This document shows positions 1-11,387 of a stretch of 64,000 nucleotides of DNA, in pieces. Each line of letters starts with the position of its first letter. Positions within the stretch are counted from its first letter, which is position 1. A program made the position numbers and the translations under genes. Source of the stretch: an uncultured Acidobacteriota bacterium (GTDB lineage: Bacteria; Acidobacteriota; Polarisedimenticolia; Gp22-AA2). Under the pieces are notes generated by a model, which was not told where the DNA came from, searched no databases, and saw only the letters and a program-made list of their open reading frames with translations. Where the stretch lies: assembly GCA_964384905.1 (NCBI GenBank), contig CAYLND010000001.1, positions 9,915 to 73,914 of the forward strand, given 5' to 3'.

Positions 1-1200
<1,200 letters not shown>

Positions 1201-1212
1201 CGATCCTCCGGT

Positions 1213-1641
1213 TCAGCCTCCGTCGGAAACGGTCAGCCGCCGCTCGCTGCCGCCCCGGTCCTCGAGGCGCACTTCGACGAAGCGCCGCGGCCGATAGGGT
1301 CCCAGCCGCTCCGCCCACTCCACCACGGTGACGCCGTCACTCTCCAGGATCTCGTCGAGACCGAGCTCGTCCAGGTCCTCCGTCCGCTCGATCCGGTACA
1401 GATCGATGTGGTAGACGGACATGCGTCCCGCGTAGCGGTTGACCAGGGTAAAGCTCGGAGAGCGCACCTGCTCCGGATCGACACCGAGCCCGATCGCCAG
1501 ACCCCTTGCGAGCACCGTCTTCCCCATGCCGAGGTCTCCGACCAGAAGAACCGCATCGCCCGGGCGCAGGGTCCCGGCCAGCGCCTGACCGAAAGCGCGC
1601 GTCTCGTCCTCGGAGCGTGTGACGATGGTCCGCGACGCCAT
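1213..1641 (-). CDS. tsaE: tRNA threonylcarbamoyladenosine biosynthesis protein TsaE (P-loop GDLGMGKT)
   Basis: 142-aa product with TsaE/YjeE Walker A and overall fold; sits downstream of nnr as in many genomes. Confidence 0.8.
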   Translation of the reverse strand: MASRTIVTRSEDETRAFGQALAGTLRPGDAVLLVGDLGMGKTVLARGLAIGLGVDPEQVRSPSFTLVNRYAGRMSVYHIDLYRIERTEDLDELGLDEILESDGVTVVEWAERLGPYRPRRFVEVRLEDRGGSERRLTVSDGG

Positions 1642-1649
1642 GGCGGGGT

Positions 1650-2336
1650 TCAGACGAGAGGGAGTTCCATCAGCACCGGCTGGGGCATCAGGTCGCGGTG
1701 CTGCCGGAACAGACGGGGCAGGGTGCGCACGACCTGGAAGCCGACGCGCTCGTGCAGCGGACGGGATCGGCCGTTGGCGATCAGCCGCACCTGCTTCAGG
1801 TGGCGCCGGCGACCCACCTCGATCGCCTCCTGCACCAGACGCAGGCCGATGCCGCGTCCCCGAAGGCTCGGCTCCACTCCGAGGGACACGAGGTACAGCA
1901 CGTCACCGCGCGGATTGTGCGAGGCCGACGGCAGGGCGCGCTCGTAGTCGAGATACGACCGGGGAAAATCGCGCGTCCAGAGCAACCCGTTGGTGAGGCC
2001 GACGATGCGCGGTGAGTGCGCCGGCCGCTGGAGCTCGGCGAGGAGGAACGCCTCGGGCAGCGCGAACAAGCGTCGCTGGAGCTCGTTCAGAGAGGCGCCC
2101 AGCCGGCCCCAGACCTGGCGCTCGACGAGGGTGGCCTCCTCGAGATCGTCCGGGCGCGCGGGGCGGATCAACACCCGCAGCACCGCCGGTCGCGTCACGG
2201 TCGCGCCGGCGGTGCGCGCCGGCGACTGCGCGTAGGTCCGGGCGGACGCTGCCGGAGCCTGCGACCCCTGCAGCATGGCGGGCGATCGGGCCGGAGGCCG
2301 CCGGCCGCCCGTCGACGTCCCCTGTCCGGTCTTCAT
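1650..2336 (-). CDS. GNAT N-acetyltransferase, RimI-like by context (low-complexity N-terminus; the real start may be the internal Met near 2276)
   Basis: GNAT acetyl-CoA motif (RGRGIG), ATGA overlap with nnr stop; position between nnr and tsaE. Confidence 0.55.
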   Translation of the reverse strand: MKTGQGTSTGGRRPPARSPAMLQGSQAPAASARTYAQSPARTAGATVTRPAVLRVLIRPARPDDLEEATLVERQVWGRLGASLNELQRRLFALPEAFLLAELQRPAHSPRIVGLTNGLLWTRDFPRSYLDYERALPSASHNPRGDVLYLVSLGVEPSLRGRGIGLRLVQEAIEVGRRRHLKQVRLIANGRSRPLHERVGFQVVRTLPRLFRQHRDLMPQPVLMELPLV

Positions 2337-3958
2337 CCGGTTCTCCGGGCGCCGCGCGCGTCGTGCCGTTCGTGGGCCCGCGGCGGCTTCAGCCGCATGA
2401 GGGCGGCGGGGAAGTGGGCCAGGATGTCGCGCGCGATGAGGGGCGCCTCCCCCATCTCCTGAGCCGCCAGATCGCCGGCCAGACCGTGGAGATAGACGGC
2501 GAGCTCGGTCGCCGCGGTCGTCTCGAGACCCTGCGCGAGCAGGCCCGCCAGAAGGCCGGTCAGCACGTCACCGGCCCCTCCGGTGGCCATCCCGGGGTTG
2601 CCCGTGGGATTGACATGGACGACGCCCGAAGGCGTGGCGACTAGGCTGAGGTGTCCCTTCAGGACGAGGTGGCAGACATGACGGCGGGCGAAGTCGCGCG
2701 CTAGGTGCACGCGCCGCGACTGCACGATCCGGCTCCTCACGCCGAGCAGCCGGCCCATCTCGCCGGGATGCGGCGTCAGAACGAGCGGCCTCTTCCTGCC
2801 GGACAGTCGGTCGTCCGAACCCGCGAAGGCGTTCAGGCCGTCGGCATCGAGCACCATCGGCACGCGCGCTCTCGACACCACCTCCCGGACCAGGCTTCTG
2901 GTTTCAGGATGCGTCGTCAACCCCGGTCCGATCGCGACCGCCTGCTTGCCCTCGAGGAGCTGCAAGAGACGCGTCCGGCCCGACGCGGCCAGGGTTCCCT
3001 GGGGGGTCTCCGGCAGCCCCTCGGTCATGACCTCCATCGCCCTGGAAACGAAGCCCGCCTGCAGGCCGGCCGGCACGGCGGCGGTCACCAGCCCACAGCC
3101 CGCCCGCAGGGCTCCCAGGGACGCCAGACGCGCCGCCCCTCCCTTGCCACGGGAGCCGGCGATCACCAGCGCGTGGCCATAGTCTCCCTTGTGGCTCTCG
3201 GGGCGTCGTCTCGGGAGCAGGAGAGCCAGCTCGCGCGCGTCCATGAGGTGAAGATCCGCGCGCTCGGCCGCCACCGCCTCGGACGGGATCCCGATATCGA
3301 CGACGTGCAGCCGCCCGCACATCGACGCGGCGGGGGGGAAGATGTGCGGCAGCTTCGGTCGGGCGAAGGTGACCGTATGATCGGCCCGGAGGCACGGCCC
3401 GATCAGCTCCGGGCTGTCCGCCGACAGTCCCGACGGGATATCGACCGCAACCACCTCGGCGCGCGCCGCGTTGACGTCCGCGAGCACCCGGGCCAAGAGA
3501 CCGGTCACGCGCCGTGACAGTCCCGTACCGAGGATCCCGTCCACGATCAGATCGCTCGACGCCAGGCGTCTCCAGGCGGTCTTCCAGTCCGAGACGCCTT
3601 CCACCTCGAGGGGGACCACGCCGACCCGTTCCAGCGCCTTCAGGTTCGAGGCCGCTCCGCCACGCAGATCGCCGCGCCGACCGAACAGCAGGATCGCGAA
3701 GGGGACGCCGCGATTGCGCAGGTGCCGCGCCAGGACGAAGGTGTCGCCGCCGTTGTTGCCCCGGCCGCACAGTAGCAGGATGCACCGCGCCGTCAGGTCG
3801 GGCTCGATCTCCTGCAGGGTCTGGAGCAGGCGCAGCCCGGCGTTTTCCATCAGGACGATTTCGGGAAGACCGAATCGAGCGGTGGCGCGCCGATCGACGC
3901 TCCGCATCTGTTGCGATGTCAGGATTTCCAAGCTCGTCGCTCCCGGGGAGTCGCCCAC
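2333..3958 (-). CDS. nnr: Bifunctional NAD(P)H-hydrate repair enzyme Nnr (YjeF-N epimerase + YjeF-C dehydratase)
   Basis: YjeF_N (LMENAGL) and YjeF_C (GGAGDVLTG) motifs; start placed at GTG 3958 (ATG 3907 is an alternative), because the ORF-maximal start at 4108 would abut aroC. Confidence 0.75.
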   Translation of the reverse strand: MGDSPGATSLEILTSQQMRSVDRRATARFGLPEIVLMENAGLRLLQTLQEIEPDLTARCILLLCGRGNNGGDTFVLARHLRNRGVPFAILLFGRRGDLRGGAASNLKALERVGVVPLEVEGVSDWKTAWRRLASSDLIVDGILGTGLSRRVTGLLARVLADVNAARAEVVAVDIPSGLSADSPELIGPCLRADHTVTFARPKLPHIFPPAASMCGRLHVVDIGIPSEAVAAERADLHLMDARELALLLPRRRPESHKGDYGHALVIAGSRGKGGAARLASLGALRAGCGLVTAAVPAGLQAGFVSRAMEVMTEGLPETPQGTLAASGRTRLLQLLEGKQAVAIGPGLTTHPETRSLVREVVSRARVPMVLDADGLNAFAGSDDRLSGRKRPLVLTPHPGEMGRLLGVRSRIVQSRRVHLARDFARRHVCHLVLKGHLSLVATPSGVVHVNPTGNPGMATGGAGDVLTGLLAGLLAQGLETTAATELAVYLHGLAGDLAAQEMGEAPLIARDILAHFPAALMRLKPPRAHERHDARGARRTG

Positions 3959-4140
3959 TTTACACAGGTACCGGGGCGGAATCAAGCGACGATTCGCCGC
4001 CACGGGGGCCGGGCGCCGGGGTCGAATCGCCGGGCCCGAACCCGGGCGCCACCCGCGTTGACAGTCCGCCGAAGGGTCAAGGATAATCAGTTCCCACCTC
4101 GAACTCATCCAGCATGAGCCGCGGGGAAAGGTTCTCGAGC

Positions 4141-5310
4141 ATGCTGCGTTTCCTGACGGCGGGCGAGTCGCACGGCCAGGCCCTCGTCGCCATCCTGGAC
4201 GGGATGCCGGCCGGGCTGCCGCTCCTGGCCGCGGATATCGACGCGGAATTGAGGCGCCGCCAGCAGGGGTACGGACGGGGCGGACGGATGGCGATCGAGC
4301 AGGATCGCGTCCAGATCCTCTCCGGGGTCCGTCACGGACGCACCCTCGGCAGCCCGATCGCCCTGACCATCGCCAATCGCGATTGGACGAACTGGCAGAA
4401 GGCGATGGCGATCGAGCCGCTCGATCTGAGCGAATCCGAACGCAAGAGAGTCACCCGCCCGCGGCCCGGCCACGCCGACCTCGCCGGGGCGCTGAAGCAC
4501 GACCTCGAGGACGCGCGGGACATCCTGGAGCGGGCGTCGGCCCGCGAGACGACAGCCCGGGTCGCTGTCGGGGCGGTGTGCAAGAGATTCCTGGCGCAGC
4601 TCGATATCGCCGTCGCCAGCCACACGGTGGCGCTCGGCTCCGCCGTCCTGGAGCCGGGACGGGAGATGTCCTGGGACGAGATCGTGGGGGCCGAAGGATC
4701 CGCCTTGCGCTGCGCGGACCAGGAGGTCGAGCAGAGGATGATCCAGGAGATCGACCGGGCGATGCGCGGGCGGGATTCCGTCGGCGGAGCGTTCCAGGTC
4801 GTGGCGCGGGGCGTGCCGCCCGGTCTGGGGAGCCATCGTCACTGGGACCTGCGGCTGAATGCCCGGCTGGCCGCCGCGATATGCTCCATCCAGTCGATCA
4901 AGGCGATCGCGGTGGGCGACGGCGTCGAGGCGGCGGGGCGGATGGGCTCGGAATTCCATGACGAAATCCACTACGACGCCCGCAGGCGCCGGTTCCACCG
5001 CGCCACGAATCACGCCGGCGGCATCGAAGGCGGCATCACCAACGGCGAGGAGATCCGCGTGCGCGTCTACGTGAAGCCGCTGTCGACGCTTCCGAAGGCT
5101 CTGCACAGCGTCGACCTGAAATCGAAGGAGGAGTTCGCGGCGCAGGTCGAGAGGACCGATGTCTCGGCGATTGCGGCCGCCGGCGTGGTCGGCGAGGCGA
5201 TGATGGCGTTCGTCCTGGCGGAGTCCGCCCTGGAGAAATTCGGCGGAGACTCGCTGAAGGAGATCACCCGCAACCATCGCGGCTACATGAAGCAGCTCGA
5301 AGAGTACTGA
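4141..5310 (+). CDS. aroC: Chorismate synthase
   Basis: N-terminus MLRFLTAGESHG matches the AroC signature; full-length ~390 aa. Confidence 0.9.
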   Translation: MLRFLTAGESHGQALVAILDGMPAGLPLLAADIDAELRRRQQGYGRGGRMAIEQDRVQILSGVRHGRTLGSPIALTIANRDWTNWQKAMAIEPLDLSESERKRVTRPRPGHADLAGALKHDLEDARDILERASARETTARVAVGAVCKRFLAQLDIAVASHTVALGSAVLEPGREMSWDEIVGAEGSALRCADQEVEQRMIQEIDRAMRGRDSVGGAFQVVARGVPPGLGSHRHWDLRLNARLAAAICSIQSIKAIAVGDGVEAAGRMGSEFHDEIHYDARRRRFHRATNHAGGIEGGITNGEEIRVRVYVKPLSTLPKALHSVDLKSKEEFAAQVERTDVSAIAAAGVVGEAMMAFVLAESALEKFGGDSLKEITRNHRGYMKQLEEY

Positions 5311-5325
5311 GGCGCGACCGGCTTC

Positions 5326-6336
5326 TCAATCCGGGTCCAGGTCGCCGGCCGCCGGCAGGCCGGGAAGGCCGCGCGCGCGCGTGGCGGCCCGGAGAATGGC
5401 GGTCTGCATCACCTCGATCGCCAGCATCCCCACGACCAGGGAATCCGCCCGCACCGTCCCTCGGGACAGGCAGAAGATGACGTCGCCGTCGTAGCGCGTG
5501 CCGACGGGCGAGATACAGCGGGCGTACGCCGCGCGCGCCAGCCGCGCGACGGCGCAGGTCTCGACCTTCGTCAGACGCGCGTTGGTCGCGATCACCCCGA
5601 GGGTCGTCGAGGTCGGGACACGACCGGATCCCTTCGGTCGGGTCTCCGGGCTGTCGCGCAACGAGGCGGCGGTTCCGATCCGGCGCCGGCCGCGCGGCGA
5701 GTCGCGCAGCCCGGCGACGACCCGGCCGGTGCCCGGATCGACCACGTCTCCCCAGGCGTTCACGACCACCAGGGCGCCGGCGACGAGATCGCCGCGTCGT
5801 GTCGAGGCCGATCCGAGCCCCGACTTCATGGCCCGGGCGATGCCGCGCATCTTGCCGACGGTCGCGCCAGTGCCGGCGCCGACGTTGCCCTGGCGGACGG
5901 TTTTCGGCGACGCCGCCCGACAGGCCCGGCGCGCCATGGACGGTCCCGGCCGGGCGCGGCGATCGCCGACCGACAGATCGAAGAGGATCGCCGCGGGGAC
6001 GATGGGAACGACGGCCTCGCGCAGGCGGAAGCCGACGCGGCGCTCCTCGAGGTACGACATCACGCCCGCGGTCGCATCCAGTCCGTAGGCGCTGCCGCCG
6101 GAGAGGAACAGGGCGTGGATCGCCGGCACGAGGTGATCCGGCTCGCAGGGCCCCGGATCGCGAAGACCCGTCGCCCGGCCGATCACATCGCAACCGGGGA
6201 CCGCGCCGTCTCCGCACAGGATGACGGTGCAGCCCGTCAAGCCGCGCGCATCGGTCGCGTGACCGACACGGAATCCGGGAACGTCGGTGAGACTGTCGCC
6301 CGCGCGCCGGTCCGTCATGGCGGCGTATGCTAGCAC
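5326..6336 (-). CDS. DmpA/S58 family peptidase (L-aminopeptidase/D-Ala-esterase-amidase type)
   Basis: VPGFRVGHATD N-terminal motif and size typical of the P1/DmpA family. Confidence 0.6.
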   Translation of the reverse strand: MLAYAAMTDRRAGDSLTDVPGFRVGHATDARGLTGCTVILCGDGAVPGCDVIGRATGLRDPGPCEPDHLVPAIHALFLSGGSAYGLDATAGVMSYLEERRVGFRLREAVVPIVPAAILFDLSVGDRRARPGPSMARRACRAASPKTVRQGNVGAGTGATVGKMRGIARAMKSGLGSASTRRGDLVAGALVVVNAWGDVVDPGTGRVVAGLRDSPRGRRRIGTAASLRDSPETRPKGSGRVPTSTTLGVIATNARLTKVETCAVARLARAAYARCISPVGTRYDGDVIFCLSRGTVRADSLVVGMLAIEVMQTAILRAATRARGLPGLPAAGDLDPD

Positions 6337-6377
6337 GCGGCCCGGAGGCTCCGCGGAGCGTGGGAGGCTCCTCGATC

Positions 6378-6725
6378 ATGGCGGACGAGCCGATTTTCCT
6401 GAAGATCTGGCGCACGGTGACGCGCGTGCCGCGGGGCCGCGTGGCGACCTACGGCCAGATCGCCGTCATGACCGGGCTGCCGCGCGGCGCGCGGACGGTT
6501 GGCTGGGCGCTGCGGGCGCTTCCCGACGACGGTCGCGTCGACGGAGTCCGGGTGCCCTGGCACCGCGTGATCAACGCGCGCGGGACGATCAGCGACCGCG
6601 GCCCGGGCGACGGCGGCGTCCGCCGCCAGACGGCCGCGCTCCGGCGCGAGGGGATCGCCGTCTCCGGCGACGGCCGGGTCAGCCTAGGTCGCTACCTCTG
6701 GCGAGGCCAGCGTCGGCCGTCCTGA
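6378..6725 (+). CDS. atl: Alkyltransferase-like protein (ATL / YbaZ family): MGMT DNA-binding domain with PWHRV in place of catalytic PCHRV
   Basis: Helix-turn-helix of the O6-alkylguanine transferase C-domain plus Trp replacing the acceptor Cys. Confidence 0.6.
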   Translation: MADEPIFLKIWRTVTRVPRGRVATYGQIAVMTGLPRGARTVGWALRALPDDGRVDGVRVPWHRVINARGTISDRGPGDGGVRRQTAALRREGIAVSGDGRVSLGRYLWRGQRRPS

Positions 6726-8510
6726 ATCGGGCGATGCGAGCCCGAATTGCAGCTGATACAGCCGGTGATAGATGCCCCCCTGCCGGAGCAGGGCGCGGTG
6801 GGTGCCCTGCTCGACGATCCGGCCGTGGTGCATGACGAGGATCCTGTCGGCCCCCACGGTCGTCGACAGGCGATGGGCGATGACCAGCGACGTCCGCCCC
6901 GCGAGCAGCCGCTCGAGCGCCTTCTGGATGAGGAGCTCCGTCTCGCTGTCGACGCTGCTGGTCGCCTCGTCGAGCACCAGGACGGCGGGGTCGTAAGCCA
7001 GGGCGCGGGCGAACGACAGAAGCTGTTTCTGACCCACCGAGACGTTGCCGCCGCGTTCGCGCACCACGGCGGACAGCCCGCCGGGCAGTCTCTGGATGAA
7101 CTCGGCCGCATGGACGGCACGCGCCGCGTCCTCGATCCGCTCCGAAGCCAGGGCCGGGTTGCCGAAGGCGATGTTCGAAGCGATGCTTCCCGCGAACAGG
7201 AAGTGATCCTGGAGCACGACCCCGACCTGACGCCGCAGGTAGGGAAGGGGGAGTGCGCGGACGTCGCGGCCGTCGACTCGAATCGCGCCGGAAGTGACGT
7301 CGTAGAGACGGACGAGCAGCTTGATCAGGGTCGTCTTGCCCGAGCCGGTGGCGCCGACGATCGCCACCCGCTCGCCCGGCTCGGCGCGCAGGCTGACGTC
7401 GCGCACGACCTCGTCGTTGCGGCGGTAGGCGAATCGTACCGCGTCGAATTCGATCCGCCCGCGCGCCCGGGGCGGCAGGGAGACGGCGACCGACGGCGAC
7501 AGGATGGACGGCCGCTCGTCCAGGAGAGCGAAGATCCGTTCCAGGGAGGCCATGGCGGCCTGCAGGACGGCGTAGAATCCGGAGAGATCGCGGATCGGCC
7601 CGAAGAAGCGCGACGTGTACTCGAGGAACGCCACCAGGGTCCCGAGGGTCAGCGCGCCCCGGAGGATCTGCCCGCCACCATACCAGAGCATCAGCGCGAT
7701 GGCGACGTTCCCGACGAGCTCGATGATCGCCGAGAAGCTCGATTCGTAGACGATGGAACGCAGCTCGGCGTCGCGATGATCCGAGTTGAGGGCGTCGAAC
7801 TCCCGGGTGCTGACCTCCTCGTGGCGGAACAGCTGCAGGAGCAGCATGCCGGAGATCGACTCCTGCAGGGAGGCGTTGATGCGCGCGATGCGCCGCCGGA
7901 CGTCGCGATACGCCTGGCGAATACGGCCGCGCAGCAGGGTCGACAGCAGGAACAGGAGCGGCGTCAGGGCGAACGCGACGCAGGCCAGGCGCCAGTCGAG
8001 CCACAGGAGGATCGCCACGATGGCGAGCAGCTTCACGCTGTCGCCCAGGAGCGACACCACCCCCGAGGTGAACAGGTCGGCGAGCGACTCGATGTCCGTG
8101 GTCACGCGGGTCATCAGCCGTCCCACCGGGTGACGATCGAAGAACGACGAGTCGAGGGAGAGCAGGTGCCGGTAGGTCCGATCGCGCAGACGCAGGATGA
8201 CGTTCTGACCGGTCCGCTCCATGGTGTAGAGCTGGGCGTAGCGGGCGACCAGCTCGACGGCCAACGCGGCGATGTACGCCAGGGCCAGCAGCGCGACGCC
8301 GCGGCGATCGCCGCGCGGGATCGGCCCGTCGATGAGCAGCTTGAAGAGATAGGGTTGCAGGAGCTGCGCGCCCATGACCACGAACATCACCACCACCGAC
8401 AGAGCGATGAGCACTCTTTCGGGCGCGACGTCGACGAGGATTCGTCTCACCAGACGGGCGTCGTACGCCTTTCCGAGGACCACCTCGTCCTGCTCGTCCG
8501 GCGCGCTCAC
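6684..8510 (-). CDS. ABC exporter permease/ATPase subunit (canonical Walker B LDEAT, degenerate signature VSVGQ)
   Basis: 6-TM exporter domain + NBD with GATGSGKTT, LVLDEATSSVD, H-loop. Confidence 0.8.
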   Translation of the reverse strand: MSAPDEQDEVVLGKAYDARLVRRILVDVAPERVLIALSVVVMFVVMGAQLLQPYLFKLLIDGPIPRGDRRGVALLALAYIAALAVELVARYAQLYTMERTGQNVILRLRDRTYRHLLSLDSSFFDRHPVGRLMTRVTTDIESLADLFTSGVVSLLGDSVKLLAIVAILLWLDWRLACVAFALTPLLFLLSTLLRGRIRQAYRDVRRRIARINASLQESISGMLLLQLFRHEEVSTREFDALNSDHRDAELRSIVYESSFSAIIELVGNVAIALMLWYGGGQILRGALTLGTLVAFLEYTSRFFGPIRDLSGFYAVLQAAMASLERIFALLDERPSILSPSVAVSLPPRARGRIEFDAVRFAYRRNDEVVRDVSLRAEPGERVAIVGATGSGKTTLIKLLVRLYDVTSGAIRVDGRDVRALPLPYLRRQVGVVLQDHFLFAGSIASNIAFGNPALASERIEDAARAVHAAEFIQRLPGGLSAVVRERGGNVSVGQKQLLSFARALAYDPAVLVLDEATSSVDSETELLIQKALERLLAGRTSLVIAHRLSTTVGADRILVMHHGRIVEQGTHRALLRQGGIYHRLYQLQFGLASPDSGRPTLASPEVAT

Positions 8511-10273
8511 AGGGTCTCCATCTCCTTCTCGAGCTGCTGCTGGCGGCGCATGCGCGCGAACGGGCCGTTGCGCGCGAGGAGCTCGGGCACGGTGCCCGAT
8601 TCCGCGACGCGACCGTCCTCGAGGACGACGATGCGGTCGGCCCCCAGGACGGTGGAGACCCGGTGCGAGACCAGGAGGGTCGTGCGCCGGCGCATGACGT
8701 CGCGCAGACCGGTCAGGATGGCCTCTTCGGTGTCGGCGTCGATGCTGCTCAGGGCGTCGTCGAGGATCAGGATGCGTGGATCGAGGAGCAGGGCGCGCGC
8801 CAACGCCACCCTCTGGCGCTGTCCGCCCGACAGCGTGACACCGCGCTCACCGACCGGCGTGTCGAGCCCCTGCGGCAGGTCGGGCAGGTCGCGCGGGAGC
8901 TGAGCGATGCGGGCCACCTCCTCGATCCGCTCGCGGGCGGCCGCGGGAGCGCCGAGGGCGATGTTCTCGGCGATCGTCTTCGAGAACAGAAAGGTCTCCT
9001 GCGGCACGACCGCGACCTGCCGGCGCAGGCATCCGGTCGGCAGGTCGTTGAGATCGTGCCCGTCGATCGCGATCGTGCCGTCGGGGACGGGGTAGACGGC
9101 CGCCACGAGCTGCAGGAGAGTGCTCTTTCCAGAACCGACCCGTCCGACCACGCCGAGGGTCGTCCCCGCCGGAGCGTCCAGCGTGACGTCGCTGAGGGCG
9201 GGACGCGTCCCCGGGTCGGCCCCCGGGTAGGTGAAGTCGAGAGATCGGAAGGCGATCGCGCCACGCAGATCCAGCCCCGGCGTCGGCGCGCGATCGCCCG
9301 GGAGATCGCTCTCGATCGCCCGGATCTCCTCCAGCCGCCGGATCGCGCCCAGACCGCGCTGGAAGACCCCGAGCACCCACCCCATCATGACGGTCGGATC
9401 GGCGAGCAGGGCCAGATACGAGAGGAAGGCCACCAGCCCTCCCTTGGTCAGAGTCCCGGCGATCACGTGGCGGCCACCGAGCCCGATCGCCGCGAGGGTG
9501 CTCAGTCCTCCCAGACCGCGCATGAGGCTCACGATGAGACCGCGACTGCGCGCGAGGCGGAGCGAGCAGCGGCGATACGCGCGACTTCTTTCGCCGAACC
9601 GGCCGGCCTCGCCCGCCTCCCGCACGAACGCCTTCACCAGGTTGATGCCGCTCAGCGTCTCGTGCGCCGTGTTGCTGAGCTCGCCGAGCTGCTCCTGCGC
9701 GGCGTTGCTCTGCTGGTGGATGTGTCGGCTGACGTGGAACACCCCCGCCAGAAGGAGCGGGTAGGGAAGGAGCGCGATCAGGGTGAGCCCCGGGTCGAGG
9801 CGCGCGAGCAGCGGCAGACCGGCCGCATAGACGAGAGTGATGTTCATGACGCTCAGCAGGCCCGGCCCGAACAGCGAGCGGACCAGCAGGAGATCGTTGA
9901 CGGCCCGCGACATGATGTCGCCGGTTCGCCGCCGCGCATAGAACGAGGCGGGGAGCGTCAGGAGGTGCGCGTACAGATCGTTGCGGATGTCGTAGACGAT
10001 GCGTCGTGACGCGCCCAGGATGAAAAGTCGGGAGCGGGTGCGGATGACGGCCAGGATGGCCGACGTGAGCAGGATGGCCAGCGCGATGGACGCGACGCGC
10101 CGGAGCGGAGCGCCCCGCTCCAGGGCGTCGATCGCCTCTTTGAGCAGCCAGGGGATGCACAGGGTCAGAGCGCTGGTCGCGACCAGGCAGAGAAACCCGA
10201 AGATGAAGTCCCGGCGGTAGAGCCGGAGGTAGCGCAGGATCAGGGGCACGCGCTCAGGTCCGGGTCGGCGCAC
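8507..10273 (-). CDS. ABC exporter permease/ATPase subunit (canonical signature LSGGQ, degenerate Walker B ILDDAL)
   Basis: NBD with GRVGSGKST, LSGGQRQRV, LILDDALSSID; ATGA overlap with downstream partner. Confidence 0.8.
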   Translation of the reverse strand: MRRPGPERVPLILRYLRLYRRDFIFGFLCLVATSALTLCIPWLLKEAIDALERGAPLRRVASIALAILLTSAILAVIRTRSRLFILGASRRIVYDIRNDLYAHLLTLPASFYARRRTGDIMSRAVNDLLLVRSLFGPGLLSVMNITLVYAAGLPLLARLDPGLTLIALLPYPLLLAGVFHVSRHIHQQSNAAQEQLGELSNTAHETLSGINLVKAFVREAGEAGRFGERSRAYRRCSLRLARSRGLIVSLMRGLGGLSTLAAIGLGGRHVIAGTLTKGGLVAFLSYLALLADPTVMMGWVLGVFQRGLGAIRRLEEIRAIESDLPGDRAPTPGLDLRGAIAFRSLDFTYPGADPGTRPALSDVTLDAPAGTTLGVVGRVGSGKSTLLQLVAAVYPVPDGTIAIDGHDLNDLPTGCLRRQVAVVPQETFLFSKTIAENIALGAPAAARERIEEVARIAQLPRDLPDLPQGLDTPVGERGVTLSGGQRQRVALARALLLDPRILILDDALSSIDADTEEAILTGLRDVMRRRTTLLVSHRVSTVLGADRIVVLEDGRVAESGTVPELLARNGPFARMRRQQQLEKEMETL

Positions 10274-11387
10274 CCGGAGCGGGACGAGCGGCGCCCGGCA
10301 GGAGTCCGATCAGGAAGTTCTCGAGCAGGAGCTGGCGATTTCCCTTGTGACGGATCGACTCGAGGGTGGCCTCCAGCTCCTCCAGGGCGGCCCCGGACCG
10401 GTCGCCGATGCGGGCGGCCAGCTCGCGCAGGCGCGGGGCGATGTCCACGTTGATGAGACGGGCCTCGTCGGCCGGAGCGGCGTGCAGGATCAGCGCGTCG
10501 CGCAGCAGCGTCATCAGGAGGTCGAGGTCGCCCTCGAGCGGCTCGCCGGACTGCAGGACCGCCTCGGCCCGCGCCACCGCCAGACCGGGGTCGCCGCGTC
10601 GTTCGAGATCCTCGAGCAGGGCGACGAGACGCTCGCGGCGGCGCCGGAACTCGTCCAGGTCGAGATCGAGTGCGCGGCCGATGCGACCACCGGAAAGACC
10701 GGCCCGCAGGACCGCCTCCTCGGCCTGGAGCTCGCGCGTCTCGACGAGAAAATTGACGATCGCGTGTCGCGGGACGAGCTGGAACGGCACCGCCTGGCAG
10801 CGCGAGCGGATGGTGGGCAGAAGGGCGTGCCACGACGGAGTGATGAGGATCAGCACGGCATGGGGCGGCGGCTCCTCGAGGGTCTTCAGCAGGGCGTTGG
10901 CGGCCGCGGCCTCCATGCGATGCGCCTGATCCACGATCAGGATCGAACGCTCGGATTCGGACGGCCGTCGCTGCAGGAAGGCGATCCCCTGTCGCACGCG
11001 GTCGATGAGAACCGACCAGACGGGATGGGCGATCGCGTCCGCCTGCTGCTCCTGGGGCGCGGGTCCGGCCGGACCGCCGTCCGCCTCGCTCGCGTCGAAA
11101 TCGGCCTTCCTCTCGGGCAGCACCAGGCGCACGTCGGGGTGGACGAGGATCCGATCGCCGACGCGGCGACACGAGCGGCAGGCGCCGCAGGGTCGGCCCT
11201 CGGGGGCCGTGCACAGCAACGCCCGGCTCACCAGAAGGGCCGTCGCCAGCTTTCCGGTGCCGACGGGTCCGTGGAAGATCAGAGATGGAAAGATCCGCCC
11301 GTCTTCGAGCGCCGTCTGGAGAGCCGGGATGGCGCGCGGCTGTCCCAGGATGATCCGGTCGAGAGGAGCGAAGCGGCGTCGGCTCAC
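10254..11387 (-). CDS. holB: DNA polymerase III delta' subunit (GTG start overlapping tmk stop)
   Basis: FHGPVGTGK P-loop, CGxCxxC zinc module, AAA+ clamp-loader fold; the 633-aa track ORF is this gene plus out-of-frame read-through of tmk. Confidence 0.7.
   Translation of the reverse strand: MSRRRFAPLDRIILGQPRAIPALQTALEDGRIFPSLIFHGPVGTGKLATALLVSRALLCTAPEGRPCGACRSCRRVGDRILVHPDVRLVLPERKADFDASEADGGPAGPAPQEQQADAIAHPVWSVLIDRVRQGIAFLQRRPSESERSILIVDQAHRMEAAAANALLKTLEEPPPHAVLILITPSWHALLPTIRSRCQAVPFQLVPRHAIVNFLVETRELQAEEAVLRAGLSGGRIGRALDLDLDEFRRRRERLVALLEDLERRGDPGLAVARAEAVLQSGEPLEGDLDLLMTLLRDALILHAAPADEARLINVDIAPRLRELAARIGDRSGAALEELEATLESIRHKGNRQLLLENFLIGLLPGAARPAPGAPTRT

Noticed and set aside
4105-5277. 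390-aa antisense ORF opposite aroC and similar long shadow ORFs (5264-6415, 6747-8903, 8663-10009, 8847-10160, 17019-19454, 22070-23725, 25763-27181, 27356-28690, 28606-29580, 43165-45390, 52555-53850, 56397-57854)
   Set aside because: Each is antisense to, or out of frame with, a gene that has clear family motifs. Stop-codon scarcity at ~70% GC generates such ORFs, and their translations are compositionally biased with no recognisable domains.
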